Part shown: positions 9,501 through 16,396 of the stretch, piece by piece
Layout of the letters: each line of letters starts with the position of its first letter
Numbering within the stretch: the stretch's first letter is position 1
Assembly (NCBI GenBank): GCA_963666285.1
Contig: OY762711.1
Strand: one strand, 5' to 3'
DNA: 64,000 nt
Source: Sedimentisphaerales bacterium
GTDB lineage: Bacteria > Planctomycetota > Phycisphaerae > Sedimentisphaerales > SM23-30
The notes under the pieces: generated by a model
Seen by the model: only the letters and a program-made list of their open reading frames with translations
Told to the model about the DNA's origin: nothing
Databases searched by the model: none
Position numbers and translations under genes: made by a program

Positions 9501-11354
9501 ATGTTTAATATTTTTGATTTCACTTTCGGTGCCGATAATGAACAATCTTCCGGTTCGTTTATCCACCGTAATGCTGGGAGCAATAGAGCTGCTGTTGTTT
9601 GCAGGTGTTCCGGCCTGGTTGCCGCCAGTTCTGTTTCTTGCGTTATTTATTGCCTGCTGCCTTCTTTCGGCGGCAATAGCTCTAGCTCTTTCAGCAGGTG
9701 ACATACCTTCAAAGCGGTTAGGGTCTTTGTCGGGAGTTTCAGAGCTGCCGTCTTCGGCATTATTGTCGGCAGATACACCATCTTCTCCGTAGAGTTTGTT
9801 GTACATATCTTCCAGGATTTTCTTGGTATCTTCCGGCTTCAGGTAATTAGGAATGAAAATTTCAAGTTTCTTTTCCGGTCCGGATACATCAACCATTTCG
9901 ATAATGTCATTTATTCGCTTTATATTCCTGGAATAATCGGCGATAACGATTTTGTTTGTGTTAGGGATTTCGGTGATAATATCAGATGATGGAATGAATT
10001 TATCCAGTATAGGTTTTAATGTTGTCGCATATTCTATGTTATTCAGAGTTACAACTGTTGCAACGATAGTGTCGTCAGCTTTGGCATATTCTTCATCAAG
10101 ATCAGGTGAGAAGATGCCGGTGTTTTTCTGGATTTCAGTCATTTTCATGATCTTGGTATATGGTCCTTCCTTAATCATCATGTAGGGAGGATTACATTTA
10201 GCAAGAACCGAGGTCAGCAGCGGGAGCAGTTCTTCTCTCTTGATAGTGCCGTACTGCTGCAGCATGATAGAACTGGAAGGTACCTGGCCGTCTTCATACC
10301 AGAAGTTTAGCTCAAGCTCTTTACCGACGGTAAGCAGCAGTTCGCTAAGGTCGATCCTGTCGTCTTTAGTCTGGATACGGATACTGTCAGAAGGCAGTTT
10401 TTCAATGACAATATCAGCTTCTTGTTTTTCTTCATCGGCATTGACGGTCTGAGATGAGCTTTTATCAATGGTAATGTTAGTTTCCGGTTTTGGTTCTGTT
10501 TTATTGCTTGTTGAGCCGGTAGTGTCAGGTTTGGCAACAGTAGTCCTGGTTGTTACAGGTTTGACAGTAGTTCTGTTTGCAGCAGGTTTTGGAGTGTTGT
10601 TTTCAATTTCTTTGGTTTTGCTGGTTTCAGTTTTTTCTTCCTGCTTTTGCTCTACAATATTACGTGGAGGATTGACTTTTCCATTGATTTTTTTAGGGAA
10701 AATCCCGGTTGCCGGTTTAGTATTTGGATCGGTTTTATTTTCTTTAGTTTCAGGCTGTTTTTTAGCCGGTTCAGTTGCAGGAGTGGTTTGGGCATTCTTT
10801 TTTTGATTTTCTTGAATTCTTTTTTCAATTTTCTCATTAAATGCTTTTGCTTCGGGGCTATCGATGCCTTTTGTTTCCTGGATTTCAGCCATTTCAGTGA
10901 ACATTTTGAAGATTTCTTTATCTTCCTGGCTCATTGTGTCAGGCAGTTTCAGTTCTTTGAGCTTTTGAGCTTCAGTTTTTTTATTATCGTCAGCTTCTTT
11001 TTTCTGTTTTTCAGGCTCAGCCTGAGCGACCAGCAGCTCCTGGTTTGAGTTTGAACTGCCGCTGTTATTCGAACTGCTATGGGCAGTGGAAATGCCAGCG
11101 GTAACGGTGTTATGCTGAGGGGCCGGTGTATTATTGTTGTTGAAGTTACCGAATATGCCTGCAATCAAAATTCCGGCAGCAAAGGGCAGAAGAATCAACA
11201 ACGGCTGAATCTGGTATTTTTGCCGGATAAAATTATTAATTTCGACAATTTTTGAGGTAAACTCTTTTACTTTGGCGATAAACGCATTGGAAGTCGTTTT
11301 GCATGATACTTCCAGGCTTTGTTTGTCTGTATTTTTCGGTGCCATAACTATCAA
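6582..11354 (-). CDS. gspD: Giant type II secretion outer-membrane secretin (start may be ATG 11345)
   Basis: C-terminal secretin domain (PQVLIEA..., ILGGL, KIPLLGDIPILGSAFR); N0 plus ~8 repeated N-domains ('D.RTNRL.I.G...QI......L.D'). Confidence 0.92.
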   Translation of the reverse strand: MIVMAPKNTDKQSLEVSCKTTSNAFIAKVKEFTSKIVEINNFIRQKYQIQPLLILLPFAAGILIAGIFGNFNNNNTPAPQHNTVTAGISTAHSSSNNSGSSNSNQELLVAQAEPEKQKKEADDNKKTEAQKLKELKLPDTMSQEDKEIFKMFTEMAEIQETKGIDSPEAKAFNEKIEKRIQENQKKNAQTTPATEPAKKQPETKENKTDPNTKPATGIFPKKINGKVNPPRNIVEQKQEEKTETSKTKEIENNTPKPAANRTTVKPVTTRTTVAKPDTTGSTSNKTEPKPETNITIDKSSSQTVNADEEKQEADIVIEKLPSDSIRIQTKDDRIDLSELLLTVGKELELNFWYEDGQVPSSSIMLQQYGTIKREELLPLLTSVLAKCNPPYMMIKEGPYTKIMKMTEIQKNTGIFSPDLDEEYAKADDTIVATVVTLNNIEYATTLKPILDKFIPSSDIITEIPNTNKIVIADYSRNIKRINDIIEMVDVSGPEKKLEIFIPNYLKPEDTKKILEDMYNKLYGEDGVSADNNAEDGSSETPDKDPNRFEGMSPAERARAIAAERRQQAINNARNRTGGNQAGTPANNSSSIAPSITVDKRTGRLFIIGTESEIKNIKHILSLFDVPKGGQQVELKIYSPVYLDSQNAVEKIQKLMKAINEEQAEQEQADSPDPEPTQPTPNNRTARPSTNQRRTNTQASNDEQVDGMFMLVDDRTNRIIILGWKEQIEQFEELLALFDVPLPGGEITLEILKLENTEAADTLSKVKELIGAINEQSTGKAPSNTSITGRTPNNRVRTPGRNDNNTSEPQTSSDEEDAGPFMLADERLNRILIVGVREQIDQAKELVEIIDQEWPNSEVRLEIFTFDVVEVEAITEQITQLIEALSSNTEEDPTKNTIDRGRSSDIFGTNQRQSNRNDSDNRTSSPSLQQVGEEGPFLMADNRLNRLFVVGMDEQIKQVDDMIKILDKSIGLNLQIAPQLKYILSSEAADQVAKLLAVLHEQEQPQSGSSSRSNQYGSNSNRNNSSNRNSNLLDSYNDNNRNASSRNTNSGYNRREGLSSIIEVSPRGPFLLPDDRTNRLLVVSTNEQYNEIVDLMPIIDVPPSKHDNMTLQIHQLKYVPVSDVRTILDDLELTQTSESLDQKYQRYNSNNNRNLRQQTFDPISGQNIVINEWDSWTNIEEPIIYVAQHEPTNRLFIYATLYQHEEITEMIKVIDVEPDDTMGQVKVFKMRNQEPATVAAALDSLYVQPLIDQGEVSEGESKLKGLEMAPTVHELEDIFSVAVRGSKRQLEEIESIINDIDVPMPQVLIEASLIKITLDDSFKLGVTLKDVFGTPDGSSISGVSPFSIDGVSIGDNGVATGTGGTIAFFKEDFIYAALEAINTNTNSEISSMPRVLTLDNKSATITSSTSRPIERTTIPAGSDTPITEVSEWKEAGTTLTVTPHIGVFDDDPENEKAFLRLEITLDVDNFIGEGSDTSTANNNLESHVNIPNGAYIILGGLTQTSWTETENKIPLLGDIPILGSAFRNISKTKGRTVLYVFVKAEIVSDQNFEQLKSISKINEEKMRELQENFNEMPIIPGFKPEKRERVN

Positions 11355-11486
11355 AGCTCCAGCTAGTTATAAAAACAGGTTTAATAATTTATAATGTTTA
11401 TACTTTTTGCCAGACAAAATGTTTCCAGGCTGTCCAGTTTGTTTCGATTTTGCAAATACTCATGGCAAGCTATTGCCAGGAAATAT

Positions 11487-11960
11487 TTGCGTTTCAATAT
11501 TCTATTTTTAGTTTTTATTACTGTTTGTATATTTATTGCGGGTTGTTCACAACCAGCTCCGGTAGAACCGGTTGAAAAAGCTGTTTCTATGCCAGAGGAA
11601 ACAGGGCATGAGGTCATTGATGAGGATACCCGTATAATCAGTAAGCTAACCGACGGCATCCTTAATTGCCTGGCAACGAACAAATATCAATGGCTCAAGC
11701 ATTATACAGTCAGCGATTTAAACGGTCCTCAGGTTGCCCGTGTCCTTGTTGGCGACGCAGCATTTGACTACAATATCACAGAATGGAATTTAAGCGAGAT
11801 CAGTATCTCATACAGCGCGGATAAAAAAGCTGCGCTGGTATCCATCCCGGTAATTTGCGTGGCCCGGGTAAATCCCAAGTACGGTCCGCAAACAGCAATA
11901 TTTAATTTTCAATTTATATATTCAGCACAACATAATCGCTGGCTGTTAAATATCAAATAG
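11487..11960 (+). CDS. Lipoprotein, candidate secretin pilotin/accessory (ORF track start 11394; TTG 11487 preferred)
   Basis: AGGA 6 nt before TTG 11487; MRFNILFLVFITVCIFIAG|C lipobox; lies between gspC-like and gspD. Confidence 0.65.
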   Translation: MRFNILFLVFITVCIFIAGCSQPAPVEPVEKAVSMPEETGHEVIDEDTRIISKLTDGILNCLATNKYQWLKHYTVSDLNGPQVARVLVGDAAFDYNITEWNLSEISISYSADKKAALVSIPVICVARVNPKYGPQTAIFNFQFIYSAQHNRWLLNIK

Positions 11961-11988
11961 TAATGAAAGATCTATCAGAAAGAGTATT

Positions 11989-13575
11989 TCAGGATCTCGT
12001 GGTTTGAGGTCTGCGAAAGCTACTCGGTCTGTTTGGTATGGATCTTTCGGGAACTTCTTTTCCCGGAATGCTTCTATCTGGGATATTTCTTCCAGGTTCA
12101 TCAATAAGCGGCGGTTCCTGAATGTCTCTTTTTTCAAGTTCCGGTCTGCCAGGCCTGTTTTTTTCAGGTGTTGCCGGGGGGCGTACCGGTGAGTTTACTT
12201 TTTGCGTGACAGGAGCTACGGGCGGATCAGTTTTCTTAATCTGTAGTTCGTATTCGAACCCTTCTTTTTCGAAAAATGCTTTGCCCTGTCCGACAGCAAT
12301 GAGTTTGAAATCCTGAATTATCTCACCAACTTTATACCCTTCTTTATTATTAATAAATGCAACTCCATTACCGCCGCCAGTTTCAATAACGGTGACAATT
12401 TCGAATTTCGGTCCAGGAGGTTTGATCCGTACGTATTCACAGCTCATGTCGTAAGTAATTTCCTCTTCAACATTGAGCTGAACATCATCCGGTTTAGTCC
12501 ATCCCTCAACATTCTTGAAACTGATTTTGTGTTCTTTCAGTGTAACTTTTTCCCCGATCTGATCAAAGTTAAGCCATGGCCCGTTATCAATTCTCCATTG
12601 AGCAGAACTAATTCGATCATCGTTAGCAGGCTTCAGTTCAATTTTTACCTGAGCGTATGGGATAGGCAGGTATTCAGCGATAATTTCGTATGCTGTTTCT
12701 TCTTCCATATTTAACTTATAATCATCCGGTTTATCCCAGTCGGCGACATCCTTAAAACTAACAGTATAGCTACCCAATCTTGTTTTTACAGGTTCAGCAC
12801 CAAAGTTATTCCAGTTTTTCTTATCGATGGACCATTTCGCGACACTAAGAGCAGGGTTATCCTTTGGTTCAAGGCTGACATATATTTCGCCATACCTGAT
12901 AATTTCATAACTGGCAGTAATTTCGGTTGTATTGTCTTCTGTGATGTCAACGGCAACCGAGGGCTTATCCCAACCTTCGATATCTTTAAATACTATATTC
13001 TTTTTACCAACAGCAGTTTTCTGGCTTTCCTGACCACTATCGAGCCATTGTCCGTTTCCAATTTTCCATTGCGGCTTAAGTTTGAGAACTTCTTCCGGTT
13101 CGATAACGATTTTGACAGTGCCCTGTGGCGGGAGGGTGTAGACAGCCGTAATTTCGGTATTCAGGTCTTTTTTGACTTCGGCAGTGATTTTTGGACTAAT
13201 CCATTCGTCAATAGATTTGAATGTCAGGATTTTTTTTCCGGGAGAAATTTTTTCATCTTTGTCGCCGGAGTTGAGCCATGTGTTTCCACCGACACGCCAG
13301 GCGGCTCCGAGTTTACGAGCATCTTCCGGTTCGATCGTTACAGTAAGAGTTCCGAATGCAGGAGGCGGGTCCAGCCAGTGAGAAAATCCCCTGGCGGCGA
13401 GAACCGTTTCAGACTCCATATTGGATATATCATTTTCGCCAGAGCCGGCTCTGGTTGCCGGAGCTTTAAAACGAGCTTTGGAAGGGTAATCTGGGCCTGC
13501 CATAATTCCCGTTATCCAAATTGCTGCCAGTGCGATAATCAAAGCAGCATTTATGTACCAAAGCTTATTATTCAC
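11989..13575 (-). CDS. GspC-like protein with four PEGA/Ig-like repeats
   Basis: N-terminal TM helix; 4 x ~78-aa repeats (G...V.LEP...A.W.I....W...FK.VEGW.KP...EI.A.Y); HR-like segment GVAFINNKEGYKVGEIIQDFKLIAVGQGKAFF; Pro/Arg-rich tail; first gene of T2SS cluster. Confidence 0.7.
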   Translation of the reverse strand: MNNKLWYINAALIIALAAIWITGIMAGPDYPSKARFKAPATRAGSGENDISNMESETVLAARGFSHWLDPPPAFGTLTVTIEPEDARKLGAAWRVGGNTWLNSGDKDEKISPGKKILTFKSIDEWISPKITAEVKKDLNTEITAVYTLPPQGTVKIVIEPEEVLKLKPQWKIGNGQWLDSGQESQKTAVGKKNIVFKDIEGWDKPSVAVDITEDNTTEITASYEIIRYGEIYVSLEPKDNPALSVAKWSIDKKNWNNFGAEPVKTRLGSYTVSFKDVADWDKPDDYKLNMEEETAYEIIAEYLPIPYAQVKIELKPANDDRISSAQWRIDNGPWLNFDQIGEKVTLKEHKISFKNVEGWTKPDDVQLNVEEEITYDMSCEYVRIKPPGPKFEIVTVIETGGGNGVAFINNKEGYKVGEIIQDFKLIAVGQGKAFFEKEGFEYELQIKKTDPPVAPVTQKVNSPVRPPATPEKNRPGRPELEKRDIQEPPLIDEPGRNIPDRSIPGKEVPERSIPNRPSSFRRPQTTRS

Positions 13576-14124
13576 AATACATTACCTCTACAAAGGTTTT
13601 CTGAACATAATGAAATATTTATCGTTTAATATTTACCAAGCCGTATAATTCATACAGGTCGAATAAACATATCGACAATTTATAAGCGCAAATATAGTTG
13701 AAACTTACAGAAAAACAGCAAAAAAAGAGGGGCAAACTACTATCTGGCTAGCAGTGCCGGTATTGATGTATATTATCGAATTCGGCTGCATCTAAAAATT
13801 CCTGGCTTATTTGGCGTTAACAGTATAAAAATCGGCGTTTTGACGGTGGAATCTGATAAGTATCTTAACCACTGTCAACTATCATGTTATCGACATTTAG
13901 CGATAGCTGTCAATAGCCAGTATGGAAGTGTAAAATAGTGTGACAAACAGCTATTTCTAGCTGTAAGTCATTCTATTTAATTAGTTTATGGAAATAAGTT
14001 CTATTTGAGATGCAGTTATATTGGGTGTGTTATTTTACAAACCTTTTACAATTGGTCACGATGCCATAACTTCAGTCTGGAGTGTGTCCGTTATTTTGGG
14101 GGGCGAGGAAGCCTATAACGACTG

Positions 14125-15321
14125 TCATAATTCGGTATAGCCTCCGAATTTTTGGACTTTATGTTCGATCATAATATTTTCTTTTGGCAGATCGATAGCT
14201 ATGCCGGTGTATCCCTTCTCAAATTTATAGGAATGGTTTCTCATGCCATCAAAAGCTAAAACGTCTCCTGGCTGAATCTCAAATTCACCGTCTTCAATAG
14301 AAACAGTCATTTTACCTTCAAGAGGTACATGCAATTCCAGGCAGAATGGATGGTTGGGGTCAGAAAATAACTCTTTGTTATGTTGATCGCATTTCAGTAA
14401 ATGGAAATGCAGGTTGTGATTTGTTTCTGTAACGAGAGTAGATCCCTTATATTCCGATTTGTTTACGGTTGTAGGAATTTTTTGGGCCATTGTAAATAGA
14501 TTTACCGTGGTTTCGTTTAAGACCGTCGATAATGCCGATATGGTTGCGAGAGAAGGAGCGCGTTTATTGTTTTCTATTAGTGAAATAGCAGAAGTTGATA
14601 GACCAGCAGCTTCTGCGAGCGTATCCAGGCTCATATTTTTTGTGTTTCTCAGGAACTTTATGAAAGAGAAATCCATATCATCTTTACAAATACTGATTTC
14701 TTTTTCGCTATCGAGGTGTTTTGGATAGGTTTCAAGTATAGTAGCCAAATCTTCGAGCGGGTTATGATTATGATGAAAATTGCATTTATTTTTAAGAATT
14801 GTAATAACCTTACAATGGTCTTTAACTGTAGTGACCCTTTTGGATAATCCGCTTAAACTGATGCATTCGTTTGGCATAACAGAATAATCTTCACCGTCAA
14901 TATTGACATTAAATGAACCATCAATAGCATAAGTAAAAACATTAAAGTAAGGTAATCTGGCGAGGCAAATGTCATCTACGGGCTGGCCGACAGATATTAT
15001 GCCAATATAATAGCCGTTATACTCATAAAATTTAATACTATGGTCAATTTCACTGTCCAGTTTAATATCATTAACTTCCAACATTGCAGATTTAAAGCGA
15101 TGAGAGAGGCTAACATATTTGGAGAAATCAATATCCAAAGCCTGAATAAGTGCTGTAATAGTAGAGAGAGATGCCGGAAAACGGTTTTGTTCAACGTTCA
15201 GGATGGTTTGTTGGGTGATGCCTGATTTTTCAGCGAGTTCTCTTCTACTCCATTTTTTTTTCTCACGAAGAGTTTTTATAATACTCTGATCGTAGTCTTC
15301 CACATTACCTTGCGGTTTCAT
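14125..15321 (-). CDS. Transcriptional regulator with duplicated XRE-HTH + cupin architecture
   Basis: Two HTH_3 motifs (IKTLREKKKWSRRELAEKSGIT; IKFLRNTKNMSLDTLAEAAGLS), each followed by a cupin-like beta region (e.g. PGDVLAFDGMRNHSY); AAGGA RBS. Confidence 0.85.
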   Translation of the reverse strand: MKPQGNVEDYDQSIIKTLREKKKWSRRELAEKSGITQQTILNVEQNRFPASLSTITALIQALDIDFSKYVSLSHRFKSAMLEVNDIKLDSEIDHSIKFYEYNGYYIGIISVGQPVDDICLARLPYFNVFTYAIDGSFNVNIDGEDYSVMPNECISLSGLSKRVTTVKDHCKVITILKNKCNFHHNHNPLEDLATILETYPKHLDSEKEISICKDDMDFSFIKFLRNTKNMSLDTLAEAAGLSTSAISLIENNKRAPSLATISALSTVLNETTVNLFTMAQKIPTTVNKSEYKGSTLVTETNHNLHFHLLKCDQHNKELFSDPNHPFCLELHVPLEGKMTVSIEDGEFEIQPGDVLAFDGMRNHSYKFEKGYTGIAIDLPKENIMIEHKVQKFGGYTEL

Positions 15322-16396
15322 CGTGCTGTTTCCTTATATCATGGTGTAATTCAGTGTGTGTGTATGTGCGCACGCGCACAGGCATTGAGTGTCTTTTAGC
15401 AGGATTTTTAGTATTAGCTGCTAGCTAAAAGGATTGTATCCTTCTCATATTACAAATATCGTAATAAACCTTCTGTAAATTCAAGTGGAAATTATATTAT
15501 TTCTATTTTGGCAATTTTTGTCATGTAAACAAGTATTTTTTTTAGCAAAATACTACAAGAACAACTTTTTTTTTATATGTAATGTAAATCTTAACAATTT
15601 TATATGCTTTTGGCCTGAATATGTTAAAAGCCAATGTTTTGAAAAAAGCGAGAAATGTTGGAAAACAATGGTTTAAGCAGGCGAAATATTTGATTTATTT
15701 AGATTAAGGGCTTCGTATTCGCATAAAAAAGGATTTTTAGAGGCAAAGTATGAAAACTGGATATTTCTTTCCTGAAAATAGTGAAATCGTCCATTTAACA
15801 CCGCTAATCGCTTTCCAAATAGAGTAAAAGTTTGTATTTAGTTATATGCGAAAAATGTTAGGAAAATTGTGATGAGGAATGTAAAAAAGCTTCAGAGGTT
15901 TGTTTGACATTGTTTTAATGATGAAAGGCCCTTTTATGTGTTTTGGAAAGCGAATGCCAGAAAGAAGCGAGGAGACATGCAGTTTGTGTGAAAAGGGCGA
16001 TATGTTTTTTTGGCAGACAGTGTAAAAAGTTTTTTAAAAAATAGCAGTTAAATGTAAATGGTTGGTATTCGGCTATATATTGTACTTTGCATAAATGGTT
16101 AAAAGTTATTATATTTGCCGGCAGGCGTAGAAAGATTTTAATTTATTGTTAATTTATGTTTTGAGTGTGAATAAATTTACATTATCTGATGTTTGGTGTT
16201 AAAAAACGCATAATATATACGCTAAATATTTCATGTTTATTTGTAGTTGTAGTGAATTTTGGGTTAAAAAATAAAATATAAAAATAATGTGGAAGTATAC
16301 AATTTTTGTTGGCTATGGGAATATAATTAAAAATGCAGAGTATTGCATGTAATTACAATTCATAAGAAATTTAACCCGTTTTATATGGAGGTCATC

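Noticed and set aside
389..13629. Numerous + strand ORFs overlapping gsp genes (e.g. 8287-8805, 13048-13629)
   Set aside because: Antisense shadows of well-supported minus-strand genes, with no motifs or RBS (except the lipoprotein ending at 11960)
15485..15676. 63-aa ORF in the AT-rich intergenic region
   Set aside because: Phe/Lys/Asn-biased composition reflecting A/T runs; no support for coding
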